From Candidatus Poribacteria bacterium (GTDB lineage: Bacteria > Poribacteria > WGA-4E > PCPOR2b): DNA of 64,000 nucleotides. Made by a program: the position numbers and the translations under genes. The DNA lies in the NCBI GenBank assembly GCA_965116925.1, contig OZ220744.1, forward strand, positions 5,632,001 through 5,696,000, read 5' to 3'. The notes below the pieces were generated by a model, which ran no database searches, was not told where the DNA came from, and saw only the letters and a list, made by a program, of their open reading frames with translations. Below, piece by piece: positions 36,164 through 47,190 of the stretch; the stretch's first letter is position 1, and each line of letters starts with the position of its first letter.

Positions 36164-38886
36164 ATGGCACTTCATGACGCTGAGTTGATTCAACGCACAC
36201 TAGCGGGCGACGAATCCGCATTCGGGTTTCTGGTGGACAAGTACAAAGGGTCTGTCCACGCCTTGGCGTACCGTAAGCTCGGCGATTTCCACACCGCCGA
36301 AGAAATCACGCAAGATACCTTCCTCAAGGCGTACCAGAAACTATCGACGCTCAAAGATCCGGGGCGTTTCCCCGGTTGGCTCTACGTGATTGCCGCACGG
36401 TGCTGTATCTCTTGGTTTCGTCAAAATCGCGTGCAAACCGAATCACTCGATAGCGTTAAGGGAGAGATGGATACACAGTCGTGGACGAAATATACCGATG
36501 CACGCCTCCGTGAGGAGGTGCACAATGCGCTCGAAAGTCTCCCCGAAAGTGAGCGAACTGTCTTAACGCTTTACTATATGGCGGGAATGACCAGCGAGGA
36601 GATTGGACGGTTCATCGGTACATCATGCGGTGCCATCAGAGACCGACTCTATCGCGCCAGGATGCACTTAAAGGAGGAATTAACGATGATTGAAGAAACC
36701 TTGGGCGGCTTCCAACTGCCACCAACTTTGACACAAGAGATTATGCGTCGAATTCCCAACGGCTCGCTGAACCCTACACCAACAACAAGCAAACCACTTG
36801 CGCCGTGGATTGTTGCGACCTCGTTGGTTGTAGTTACGTTGTTTATCGGCTTGGGAATTAAACAGGCTACGACATTTCAGTTGCCTTACAGTTTTGATGC
36901 GCCTGAATCAGCCACAATGGTTGAAATTGTTGATGCCCCGATAATCAACATGCCACTATTGACATTCTCGCCAGTTAGTCAGACAGGGGGGTTGAGTGAA
37001 GGAGAATCGGGCAATGGAAATCGGGAAAATGACTCGGGGCAGGGAACTGTTGCAGATTTGCAGAACGATATAGCATCAGATAATAGTGGCTGGACGCAGA
37101 CAAACGGACCTTACGGTGGAACAATTACAGCCCTGTACGCGACGCCGGAAGGAACGCTTTTCGCCGGAACAAGTGAAGGTGGCATTTTCCGTTCAACAGA
37201 TGGCGGTGACACATGGGTTTCCGCTAGCGTAGGCTTGCGGGGCCCTCCGGACAACAGACTTCCTAGCCTCCTCGTACTGACGCAGGAAGGAGATACCCTC
37301 TACGCCGGCACAAACGGCGGCCTTTTCTCTTTGATCAACGGCGGTGACTCATGGCAACAGTTGACTCATTTTCAGGATGCCTTTGGTATTTCCGGGGTTG
37401 CAATCATTGACGACACGCTTTACATTGGGCGGTATATAGAGGAGAGTGTTTTCTTTTCTAACGATAACGGTAAATCGTGGGCACAAATTGATAGAGGTTT
37501 GACCGGCCGAGGGGGCCCCCGCTTGTTTACAAGTGGAACGACACTTTTTGCACAAATGTGGGATCATGTTTTTTGTCTCAAAGCCGGCGAGAATTCATGG
37601 ACAAAACTTGCCGTCGAAGATCTGTGGAAAAAAAACACCGCCGAGTTAGATATTACAAAGTTCGTAATATCTGGCGAAGTAATCTACACAGCGACAGCTG
37701 ATGGGGGACTTTTCCGCTCAACGGATGTGGGCAATTGGTGGCAGTCAATCAAGCACGAAGCGATGTATGATTTCAAAGGTGAATTGGCGGCGTTGGGAAC
37801 TACGATCTTCTATATCGGTGATGGTCGGGTGTTTCGGTCAACCGATGCTGGTAACTCATGGACGATGTACAACAGCAACTTAGCCAATCAAAACATTTTA
37901 TCCATAACAGTGTTATCCGAAAAGACACTTTACGTTGGGACTGAGGATGGAGTTTTTCGGTCGACGGATGGCGGAGAATCGTGGACGGAAGTCAACACCG
38001 GCATCATCAATACACATATCGAAGCCCTCGTCTTTTTCAGTGACTCGCTCTATACTGTAACGGGTGATGGTATCGTCAAATCGATAGATGCTGGGAATTC
38101 GTGGGTGACGGTGAATGATGGATTGATTGCTAGCGCTGGAGCGACACTGACCGTTTCGGGAGGAAACCTCTACGCAGCAACGAACGAAACTAACGTCAGA
38201 TGGAATCCATCGACTTCTGGGGTTTATCGCTTGGCGGATGATGGAAACTCATGGGTGCCGATTCAGACGAACATGCAGTCTGTCAATAACAGAATCTACA
38301 GTGTTAATCAATTAACGGTTAGTGGGGAAACGTTCTACATCGTTGAACAGACAGGCGACGGAGCGCGTCTGTACCGCTGGAGGGTAGGGGAAGATCTGTG
38401 GACACAGCTCAAGACACGAGATCTTCTCAGTTGGGGAACGTTAGCTGTGTCAGGCAGAACGGTCTACATCAGTGCGACATGTGGGAGACTACTCCGTTCG
38501 GTTGACGAGGGCGATACATGGACGGAGTGAGTCAAAATTTACCAAATTGGGACAAAGAAATCGGCACCTATGATTTGGCTTTCATCGGTGAGACAATTTA
38601 TGCAAAGGCCGGCAGTGGAGGAGGGTGCTCGACAGATGGTGGCGAGACGTGGACACCGATCATCGTCGCCGGATTGCCCGGTGGCTATATTAAGATGCAG
38701 CTAGTCGATGGTACAACGCTTTATGGGACAAGCTCTCATGGGGTCTTCCGCCTGACGCACGGATCCGATTCATGGGAGCGGATCGCCCCGACGCAGCGCG
38801 ATGTCACCTCGCTAGCGTTTGATGGCACGACGTTCTACATCGGCACGAATGCAGAGGGCGTATTCCGGCTTTCGCTGGATGAGTAA
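36164..38886 (+). pseudogene. Second ECF sigma-TM-BNR propeller fusion, frameshifted near 38526
   Basis: Near-identical N-terminus to the gene at 33252. ACGGAGTGAGT vs paralog ACGGATGTGAGT (1-nt loss). ORF 38518..38886 supplies the matching C-terminus ...RLSLDE. Confidence 0.8.
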
Positions 38887-38925
38887 ACCTTCAGCGAAAG
38901 GTCAATCTTCATCTGATGGTGCATA

Positions 38926-39534
38926 CTAATCCGACGACTCCGTTTTGGACTGAGAAGGTTCCGCAATCAGTTTTTCAATCATCGCTTTCAATTCGTCATA
39001 ATCCCGTTCGGCTTCCGTCCGCGTTTCGTCCTCCTCTTTGTAGTACTCACCACCGGGGTGAATATAGCGAATTCTTCCTCGCTTATCAATGAGAAAGCTG
39101 ACCGAAGTCCATCGGTGTCTACCCTTAGCTAGCCAATAACGTCTCAACGTACCCCAGTCCATATCCAGTGCAATAGGGAATTCAAAGCCGAGCTGCTTCA
39201 CCGCCTTTTCAAGCACCTTCTGACGACGCGGCCCGGGCGGTTTCGGATGGTACATCCCAATCACGACCAAACCCTTATCCTTGAAGGTTTCGTGGAATTC
39301 GTTCAGCGCGGGTGCGCTAGCGGCACAGAATGGGCATGTCTCCGTCCACCAGCGGATGAGAACCACTTTGTCCGCTAATTCACTCAACTGGAGTGGCTGC
39401 GAATTCATCCACTTCAGCGTCCCCCATTCCGGAGCCGGTTTCCCAATTAACTCATCGCCTTCCTTTGCGATAAGCCCTTGATTGATAGTTAGCAGCATCA
39501 ACAGGATGATGCTAACTATCCGTAAATTACGCAT
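38926..39534 (-). CDS. TlpA/redoxin family thioredoxin-like protein
   Basis: Signal peptide; WWTETCPFC; SFLIDKRGRIRY. Confidence 0.85.
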   Translation of the reverse strand: MRNLRIVSIILLMLLTINQGLIAKEGDELIGKPAPEWGTLKWMNSQPLQLSELADKVVLIRWWTETCPFCAASAPALNEFHETFKDKGLVVIGMYHPKPPGPRRQKVLEKAVKQLGFEFPIALDMDWGTLRRYWLAKGRHRWTSVSFLIDKRGRIRYIHPGGEYYKEEDETRTEAERDYDELKAMIEKLIAEPSQSKTESSD

Positions 39535-40377
39535 TTAACCCCTCTGAAAAAGCTGCCAACTCCGCCCCGGCAAATCTGCGCGGAAATACTCAACATTGCC
39601 TCGGTCAGCGAGTGTGACATAACAGGTACATCCATCGGAACCGCCGAAAGCTAGGTTAGTACAATCCTTTCCAGCAAGTTCAACCTCTAGCAATACCTCA
39701 CCCTGTGGTGAAACTTTAGCGATTGTGCCCTTGCCGTGGCGCGTTACGTACAGATTGCCTTCAACATCGCAGCGCATCCCATCAAACCCAAAATCGGGGA
39801 ACTGAATCAGTAACCGCTTGTTACTAACCTCTCCAGTTGGGGATAGGTCATACGCCCAGATGTTACGCTGCACGCTTTCATTGACGTAAAGGGTGTTCTC
39901 ATCGGGACTCACTTCAATGCCGTTGGTCGTTCCCATATCCGCCTCAAGCAGTGTGATTGTGCCGTCTGTGTCAATGCACCAGATCTGCCCCGTCGATTCG
40001 GCCCAATTCGGATCACTGGCATAGACGATATCGTTGGAGCCGATGGCGATGTCGTTTGGCTGATTCATGGTTGGCTCATGGGCATAGGTGCTAATCTCCT
40101 GTGTCCCCATATCAACTTTGAGGATGTTGTGGTTGGTATAGTCAGCGATAAGCATGGCACCCGCGCTGTCGAAACGGATGCCGTTTCCGATGCTACCGTT
40201 GGGTAGTTCGACGAATACGCTGCATTTTCCTTCTGGAGTAACCTTCCCGATCGTATGCTGACGGGCGTAATTGACGGCGTAGAGATTGCCCTCTGCATCG
40301 CAGGCGGGCCCTTCAATGCCGGAGGTAAAACCATCCCGTTCTGTGAAGACATGACTGATAAAAAGTTCCTCGATCAT
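39535..40377 (-). CDS. SMP-30/gluconolactonase/LRE family protein
   Basis: EGPA, PND, NGIEVSPD, DGMRCD.EGNLY, TNLAFGG. Confidence 0.9.
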   Translation of the reverse strand: MIEELFISHVFTERDGFTSGIEGPACDAEGNLYAVNYARQHTIGKVTPEGKCSVFVELPNGSIGNGIRFDSAGAMLIADYTNHNILKVDMGTQEISTYAHEPTMNQPNDIAIGSNDIVYASDPNWAESTGQIWCIDTDGTITLLEADMGTTNGIEVSPDENTLYVNESVQRNIWAYDLSPTGEVSNKRLLIQFPDFGFDGMRCDVEGNLYVTRHGKGTIAKVSPQGEVLLEVELAGKDCTNLAFGGSDGCTCYVTLADRGNVEYFRADLPGRSWQLFQRG

Positions 40378-40490
40378 TGTGACAAACTACCTTTCCTGTG
40401 AGATAATATTGCTATAACGTAAACTGCTAGTGTTGAAAATCCATCGATTTTCCTATGGGGGCAGGATCTCCCTGCCTATCAACTAGTCTT

Positions 40491-40680
40491 CTTTCGCTCC
40501 AGAGGAGCGATATGTCTATAGAACCGCGATAGGGGCAATTCCTGCGCTCCAGATGAAGATTAATTTATTAATTGGGTAATTTCCGAGCGATGTCCGGTGC
40601 GGTTGGAAACCGCACCTACCGGGTCTGGGGAAATATAGAATTACCCGTTTAATTTCTTAAAACCCATGAGGAGCGCAATG
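40491..40680. repeat. Nested repeat: double-hairpin repeat > TIR element (~40553-40667) > REP
   Basis: ATGAAGATTAATTTATTAATTGGGTAATT ... AATTACCCGTTTAATTTCTTAAAACCCAT inserted at CTCCAG^AGGAG. Confidence 0.65.
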
Positions 40681-40719
40681 TCTTTTAATCAACCAGTGAA
40701 CTAATAAACCAACATATTA

Positions 40720-42018
40720 CTAAACGAGCGGCGGCATAAATTCATCCTGTGCATCCAACAGCCGATCGATCGTCGTGCGAATCTCTGACAACGTTAATTG
40801 TGCGGCGGTATTTGGATCAACCAATCCCGCGTGATAGGCATATTCTCGATTCTCCTCTAGGATAGCTCGCACCGTCAACCCCTGCATATTGATATTGGTC
40901 TGACAGAGTGCTGCACACTGAGGTGGCAGCGCACCGACGTAGCACGGCTGCAAGCCGGCACGATTAACGAGTGTTGGCACTTCGACGCAACAACCAGTAG
41001 GGAGATTGGTGATGAGATCGGTATTGAGCACGTTCCCGTAAATGTAGGCGGGGGTATCCGTTTCCATTGCGTGAATAATGACCGCTGCATATTCGTGGGA
41101 GCGACTCAGTTCAATCGGTGCCGATTCCGCTTCACGCTTTGCCTGTGCGATTCGCTCCTCCCGATCTGTATGTTGGTTGACAAAGCTTTCAGCGGTACGA
41201 TTTTCAACGTTCAGTCGTTCCATTTCGTCGGGGTTTTGCATAAAGTAAGGCACATACTCTGCCATGTGGCGCGAGGACTCGGTGACAAACCGACCGAAAT
41301 GCTTCAAGATCTCAAAGCGCACCGGGTCACTGCCGACAATCTCAGGATCTTCAAGGCAGGCGTTTAGTCGCGGGTAAAGCGTTTCGCCATCCTGCGAAAG
41401 TTCCAAAAACCACGCCATGTGATTAATCCCCGCGACAAGATAACGGAGGTTATCGTAATCCACACCCATATAGTTCGCTAGCTGTTTGCTGGTGCCTTGT
41501 ACACTGTGGCAAAGCCCCACGCCGGAGATGCTCGTCGCCTCCAACACCGCCCACATAATCATTGCCATCGGGTTGGTATAATTGAGCATTGGAGCGTCCG
41601 GACAGAGCCTCTCCATATCGCGAGCGATATCGAGCATGGCAGGGATCGTGCGCAGCCCCTTCATCAGTCCACCAATACCGACGGTGTCCGAAACCGTCTG
41701 CCGGAGGCCGCCGACCTCAAGTGGAATTTGCACATCCAACGCTTCTGGTCCCATGTTGGCTCCCACCCGAATAGAAACAATGACATAATTGGCACCGTCC
41801 AACGCTGGCTCGCGCTCTGTTGAGGCAGCAATCTGCGTGGGTAGATTCAGCTCGCGCACGATGCGTTGTGCATAGGTATGGGTCAATTCCAGTCGTTCAC
41901 TATCGGGGTCTACAAGATAGATGGTTGAATCTAACAGTTCTGGAAATGAAAGAAGATCCCCGATCAGTCGTCTACCGAAGCCGAAACTCCCTGCACCGAG
42001 AAAAGCGATTTTAGCCAT
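40720..42018 (-). CDS. melA: Glycoside hydrolase family 4 alpha-galactosidase-like
   Basis: KIAFLGAGS, NYTNPM, GLCHSV, AGINH. Confidence 0.85.
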   Translation of the reverse strand: MAKIAFLGAGSFGFGRRLIGDLLSFPELLDSTIYLVDPDSERLELTHTYAQRIVRELNLPTQIAASTEREPALDGANYVIVSIRVGANMGPEALDVQIPLEVGGLRQTVSDTVGIGGLMKGLRTIPAMLDIARDMERLCPDAPMLNYTNPMAMIMWAVLEATSISGVGLCHSVQGTSKQLANYMGVDYDNLRYLVAGINHMAWFLELSQDGETLYPRLNACLEDPEIVGSDPVRFEILKHFGRFVTESSRHMAEYVPYFMQNPDEMERLNVENRTAESFVNQHTDREERIAQAKREAESAPIELSRSHEYAAVIIHAMETDTPAYIYGNVLNTDLITNLPTGCCVEVPTLVNRAGLQPCYVGALPPQCAALCQTNINMQGLTVRAILEENREYAYHAGLVDPNTAAQLTLSEIRTTIDRLLDAQDEFMPPLV

Positions 42019-42217
42019 AACAAACTCCTTGCTTAATCAGATCACACTAAATGGATAGTATCGACTCTATTCTATCACGATTTAGAGGGTAGATCAACAG
42101 GTAGGTCTGATTTTCACTAAAGTCATACCGTGTCCCTACTCAATGGCTCTCTTCTGCAGATGGTCTTTGACGATGCACTTCCATCTACATAAACAGGCAC
42201 TCACTGTAGAAATCAGG

Positions 42218-42246
42218 TTGACAACCACGCGGATCTTTCCTATAAT
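42218..42246 (+). promoter_or_regulatory. sigma70 consensus promoter of glnS
   Basis: TTGACA-N17-TATAAT. Confidence 0.85.
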
Positions 42247-42319
42247 TTCTGGGCCTCTCATTAACGCTTGAGAGGACGTCGGATTGTATACACTACCTTA
42301 ATAAATCGAGGAAAACACC

Positions 42320-44044
42320 ATGAAAGATGAAACAATCGAAACAGAAAAAAACAGTACGAACGATGCAACGCCCACGACTGACTTTATTCGGCAGGCGGTT
42401 CAGGAGGATTTGCGGACAAACCGATTTGATGGTCGTGTGCATACGCGGTTTCCACCAGAGCCAAACGGTTACCTGCATATTGGCCACGCCAAAGCCATCT
42501 GCATTGACTTCGGTGTTGCTGCAGATTTTAATGGGCTTTGCAATTTGCGATTTGATGATACGAATCCAGCTAAGGAGAGCATCGAGTATGTGGAATCACA
42601 GAAGGGAGATATCCGATGGCTCGGATTTGATTGGGAAGATCGGGAGTTTTACGCTTCGGACTATTTTGAACAACTTTACGAATATGCCGTGAAACTTATT
42701 CAGAAAGGGAAGGCATACGTCTGTGATCTGAATCCCGACGAAATACGGGAGCACCGTGGCACGTTGACGGAACCCGGGGTAAACAGCCCGGATCGCGACC
42801 GTTCTGTTGAGGAGAACCTTGACCTTTTCGAGCGCATGAGAGCGGGAGAGTTCTCGGACGGGGCGCGCACACTTCGCGCCAAAATTGATATGGCATCTCC
42901 CAATCTGAACATGCGGGATCCGGTCATGTATCGCATTCGGCGGGCAACGCATTATAGGCAAGGCGACAAATGGTGTATCTACCCGATGTACGACTTCACG
43001 CATGGCCAAAGCGATTCGATAGAGAGTATCACCCACTCGTTGTGTTCGCTTGAATATGAGGACCATCGCCCCTTGTATGATTGGTATCTTGATGAATTGG
43101 AAATCTATCACCCGCAGCAGCTCGAATTTGCTCGACTCAATATCAGCAATACGATATTAAGCAAACGGTGGCTCGTCCAACTCGTGGAATCTGGCTATGT
43201 CAGCGGGTGGGATGATCCGCGTATGCCGACGCTTTCCGGTTTCCGAAGACGTGGCTACACCCCGGAGGCCATCCGAGATTTTTGTGATCGTATCGGTGTG
43301 GCAAAAAGCGATAATTTGGTTGATATTGCGCTGCTTGAGTACTGTCTCCGTCAAGATCTGAATATACGTGCCCCGCGTGTGATGGCTGTCTTGCGTCCAC
43401 TCAAAGTGGTTATTGATAACTATCCGGAGGGTGAGGTGGAAGAGCTAGATGCCGAGAACAATCCAGAGGACGAGAGTATGGGGCATCGGAAGATCCCGTT
43501 TTCGCGTGAGATTTATATTGAACGGGAAGATTTTATGGAAGACCCGCCGCGAAAATATTTTCGTTTGGCACCCGGTCGTGAGGTACGGTTGAAACACGCC
43601 TACTATATCACATGTGTCGATGTGGTTAAGGATGAGGAAACGGGAGAGGTTACTGAGCTACATTGCACTTACGATCCGGAGACACGGGGAGGGTGGTCTG
43701 ACGATGGGCGCAGGGTAAGAGGAACGTTGCACTGGGTTTCCGCACCCCATGCACTTGAAGCCGAAGTCCGCTTATTCGACCATCTCTTTACGGAACCGAA
43801 TCCCAACGTTCTCACGGATGATGATTTCAAAGCGACTTTGAATCCAAACTCGTTGGAGGTGTTGGAATCGTGCCGAGTTGAATCTAGTCTCGCCGGTGCT
43901 GTGCCGGGAACCCAGTACCAGTTCCTAAGAACGGGCTATTTCTGTGTAGACCCCGATTCCTCCGATGAAAAGTTGGTATTCAATCGGGCGGTGACGTTGC
44001 GGGACACTTGGGCAAAGATTCAGAGAGCACAGCAGCGTCAGTGA
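42320..44044 (+). CDS. glnS: Glutamine--tRNA ligase
   Basis: [41 protein letters not shown]. Confidence 0.96.
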   Translation: MKDETIETEKNSTNDATPTTDFIRQAVQEDLRTNRFDGRVHTRFPPEPNGYLHIGHAKAICIDFGVAADFNGLCNLRFDDTNPAKESIEYVESQKGDIRWLGFDWEDREFYASDYFEQLYEYAVKLIQKGKAYVCDLNPDEIREHRGTLTEPGVNSPDRDRSVEENLDLFERMRAGEFSDGARTLRAKIDMASPNLNMRDPVMYRIRRATHYRQGDKWCIYPMYDFTHGQSDSIESITHSLCSLEYEDHRPLYDWYLDELEIYHPQQLEFARLNISNTILSKRWLVQLVESGYVSGWDDPRMPTLSGFRRRGYTPEAIRDFCDRIGVAKSDNLVDIALLEYCLRQDLNIRAPRVMAVLRPLKVVIDNYPEGEVEELDAENNPEDESMGHRKIPFSREIYIEREDFMEDPPRKYFRLAPGREVRLKHAYYITCVDVVKDEETGEVTELHCTYDPETRGGWSDDGRRVRGTLHWVSAPHALEAEVRLFDHLFTEPNPNVLTDDDFKATLNPNSLEVLESCRVESSLAGAVPGTQYQFLRTGYFCVDPDSSDEKLVFNRAVTLRDTWAKIQRAQQRQ

Positions 44045-44063
44045 GGAGATCCGAAAAACGTTA

Positions 44064-45524
44064 TCAGGCTTTCTGAATATGGCGGACGGCCCTGTCTAAT
44101 CGCTCAAGCACCTTTTCTCTGCCGAGCAGGACGATAATATCAAATAAGCCGGGTCCCCCCGCTTCGCCGCTTAGTGCAACTCGTAACGGCTGCATTGCCT
44201 TGATCCGACTGATCTCTTTCGCTTCGATGTGCGCCCAAATTGCTGTTTCAACCGGCTCCATTTCAAACACCTCAACCGTCCCCAAAATATCACGGAGCCC
44301 CTGCAAGATCCCGGCGGGATCGCCTCTCCACCATTTCTTAACCGCTTTGGGATCATAGTCGAAATCGTCGGTGAAAAGGTAACTGTAGGCGGTGATATCC
44401 GCTAGTGTTTCCAGTCGATCTCCAACCGCTGCAACAAATTGCTCCAGCCACGCCCGGCTTTTTTCTTCCTCCAGAAAACCCGCTTTCTGTAAGAAAGGGA
44501 TAACCGCATCGGTACGCGCAGACAGGTCTAACTGTGCAATATAGTGCCCGTTTAACCACTGAAGCTTTTTGATGTCAAACACACTGCCGCTCTTTCCTAC
44601 CCGCTCAAAGTCGAATTTCTCAACCAGTTGATCAACAGAAAAAATCTCTTCCTTGTCGTCGTAGGACCAACCGAGCCGCACGAGGAAATTGATCAACGCC
44701 TCCGATAGATACCCGTCATCACGATACTGTCCCACGGAGGTAGCTCCGTGTCGCTTGCTCAGCTTCTCACCCTTGCTGCTGCCCAGCACCATCGGCAGAT
44801 GTGCACATTGTGGCGGATTAATGCCAAGTGCTTGACAGATTAGGAGCTGCTTGGGTGTGTTGGACAGGTGGTCTGCTCCCCTGATGATATGCGTTATTCC
44901 CATCTCAATATCATCAATAATCGAAGTGAAATTGTAGAGCGGTGAACCGTTGGACCTGACAATAATAAAATCATCAAGTGTGTCGGCTTCAAATTTTACC
45001 ACATCTAGCACGAGATCGCGCACAATGATTGCGCCTTCTGGGATTTTAAGCCGAATCGTTGATTGGCGTCCTTCCGCTTCAAGTTTCTGCCGATCCGTTT
45101 CTGTCAGATGTCTGCACTTTCCGGGGTATCCTTGTGGGCGTTTTTCCACACGGGCAAGCGTTCGCATCTGATCCAATTCTTCGGGGGTGCAGTAGCAGCG
45201 ATATGCGTTACCTGTGTCGAGTAATTGCTGCACGTATTTATGATAGAGATCGCCGCGCTCCGTTTGGATATAGGGCGCGTGGGGACCTCCAACCCTCGGT
45301 CCTTCATCCCAATCGAGTCCAAGCCATTCCATCGAATCGTAAATACCCTGCATTGATTCATCAGTGGATCTGGCTTCATCAGTATCGTCAATCCGAAGAA
45401 TGAATGTTCCGCCATGATGCCTTGCGAAAAGCCAATTAAACAGCGCGGTGCGTGCACCCCCGATATGAAGAAATCCTGTCGGCGATGGCGCGAAGCGAAC
45501 TCGAATGGGTTGGTCCGTTGCCAT
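44064..45524 (-). CDS. gltX: Glutamate--tRNA ligase
   Basis: RVRFAPSPTGFLHIGGARTALFN; KLSKRHG. Confidence 0.96.
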   Translation of the reverse strand: MATDQPIRVRFAPSPTGFLHIGGARTALFNWLFARHHGGTFILRIDDTDEARSTDESMQGIYDSMEWLGLDWDEGPRVGGPHAPYIQTERGDLYHKYVQQLLDTGNAYRCYCTPEELDQMRTLARVEKRPQGYPGKCRHLTETDRQKLEAEGRQSTIRLKIPEGAIIVRDLVLDVVKFEADTLDDFIIVRSNGSPLYNFTSIIDDIEMGITHIIRGADHLSNTPKQLLICQALGINPPQCAHLPMVLGSSKGEKLSKRHGATSVGQYRDDGYLSEALINFLVRLGWSYDDKEEIFSVDQLVEKFDFERVGKSGSVFDIKKLQWLNGHYIAQLDLSARTDAVIPFLQKAGFLEEEKSRAWLEQFVAAVGDRLETLADITAYSYLFTDDFDYDPKAVKKWWRGDPAGILQGLRDILGTVEVFEMEPVETAIWAHIEAKEISRIKAMQPLRVALSGEAGGPGLFDIIVLLGREKVLERLDRAVRHIQKA

Positions 45525-45548
45525 TGTAATATTTACTCCTTTATGTAT

Positions 45549-45638
45549 AGCTCATGTTAAGAAATCGTGCAACAGAAACCGAGTTTTAAAAAAAACTCGG
45601 TTTCTCATAGTATTTTGCATTTTCTTTTTATATGAGCG
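45549..45638. mobile_element. MITE-like element (GGCTCATG TIR family, 90 bp)
   Basis: TSD TTATGTAT / TTGTGTAT; internal AGAAACCGAGTTTT..AAAACTCGGTTTCT hairpin as in the 13871 copy. Confidence 0.8.
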
Positions 45639-46120
45639 TTGTGTATAAGTTTATCGTACTACTTTTGATACATGTTGTTGCGATTGTGAAACACCAATTT
45701 GGCGTTATGGTCTTTGCACAGAAACAGCTCAAATCTTTTCAAGTAACCGGAAGGCGACTGAAAACGTTCTATCAAGTTGGGGAAGATTCCTGAAACTCTG
45801 ATGTTGCACGAAATGGGTCATAGACAGTTGTGCAGCCGCCCGATTTGTTCCATCACTTGTGGCTACTAAAACTCGTTCGGTGATTCAAAGGGCAGTTGAA
45901 ATCAAGGTGTCCCTATATGCAGCGTTAGATTTAATGCCCTCAAAAGTTTAAGGGCAAATATTGGCATTATTATTGCACCTTGAAAATCGATCGATTTGCC
46001 TTCTTGAGGAAAGCCAGTGCCCTCACTGACTTTTCTATTGTTCAAAGTTATAGGATTGTAGAGGATTCACTCAATTCAGTAATCCGAAGTGCCAAAAAAT
46101 CAAGCAGAAAGGAAGTCAAA

Positions 46121-46339
46121 ATGACACACAGTCAAGACGTTCAAAAGAACCGTCAGGATTTTTATGAGCTCGCCCTACTCCTTGCTGATGGGCAAGCCCG
46201 TACAGATAAAGCATACAGTTGGTCAGATTTTATAGACAACCTGTCACAAATCTGTGACCAATTTGCTTATAGTATTCATCCTAAGGAGAAGCCGCGTCGG
46301 GGTGCGTTACAATCTCGCTACCGAACCTATCGGATGTAG
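46121..46339 (+). CDS. Small hypothetical protein
   Basis: AAGGAAG RBS before ATG 46121; fills an intergenic gap; no recognisable motif. Confidence 0.45.
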   Translation: MTHSQDVQKNRQDFYELALLLADGQARTDKAYSWSDFIDNLSQICDQFAYSIHPKEKPRRGALQSRYRTYRM

Positions 46340-46383
46340 TTTCACGATAGGTTTCGTAGCCCCGATCGGATCGGGATTTTTTG

Positions 46384-47190
46384 TTAAATCTCTCCCCGCA
46401 CTCCCGCTGCCAATTCCTCCGCAAATTTCTTCACGTTCGATAAGATTGCCGCTTCGTCTCCCAGATGCTCTTCCATAACGTTGATGATGGCACTAGCAAC
46501 GATGACACCATCCGCAAGCCGCGCAACTGCCCTCACTTGCTCACTTGTTGAGATCCCGAACCCAACACAAACCGGTTTCTGGGTCTGCTTTTTCAACTCA
46601 GTGATCATCGGTTGAAGCTCATCCGAAAGTGATGAACGCGCTCCTGTGACGCCGGTAACCGAGACGCAATAAATAAACCCTGTGCTAACCGACGCGATGA
46701 AACGCATTCGCTCAGGCGGACTTGTGGGCGCAGCGAGGAAGATTGTGGCAAGATCATACGCTGGAGCGACCTCCAACAGTGTAGAGGCTTCCTCCGGCGG
46801 CAGGTCTGGAATAATTACCCCATCTACACCTACCTCGCGTGCCGCAGCACAAAAATCTGCTTCCCCCATCCGAAAGATTAGATTGTAGTAAGTCATCAGC
46901 ACAATTGGAATTTGCGTTTCCTGCCGAAGGGTCTCAACCATATCAAGAACATCTCGAAGTGAGATTTTATCCGTTAATGCCCGTTCACTCGCCTTCTGGA
47001 TGGTTGGTCCGTCTGCGATGGGGTCGGAAAACGGTACGCCAAGTTCAATAATGTCAGCCCCCGCCTCTTCAAGCGTTAAGAGCAGTTTTCGGCTCATCTC
47101 TTGGGTTGGATCGCCGGCACAAACGTACGGCATAAACGCGCTCCGACCTTCTGCACGTAACTGCTCAAATTTTGCTTCAATTCGATTCAA
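46384..47190 (-). CDS. trpA: Tryptophan synthase alpha chain
   Basis: IELGVPFSDPIADGPTIQ; YCVSVTGVTGAR; VGFGIS. Confidence 0.96.
   Translation of the reverse strand: MNRIEAKFEQLRAEGRSAFMPYVCAGDPTQEMSRKLLLTLEEAGADIIELGVPFSDPIADGPTIQKASERALTDKISLRDVLDMVETLRQETQIPIVLMTYYNLIFRMGEADFCAAAREVGVDGVIIPDLPPEEASTLLEVAPAYDLATIFLAAPTSPPERMRFIASVSTGFIYCVSVTGVTGARSSLSDELQPMITELKKQTQKPVCVGFGISTSEQVRAVARLADGVIVASAIINVMEEHLGDEAAILSNVKKFAEELAAGVRGEI

Noticed and set aside
45647..46120. Long intergenic region as a riboswitch or ncRNA
   Set aside because: No motif or convincing structure recognised by eye; an Rfam scan would be needed.
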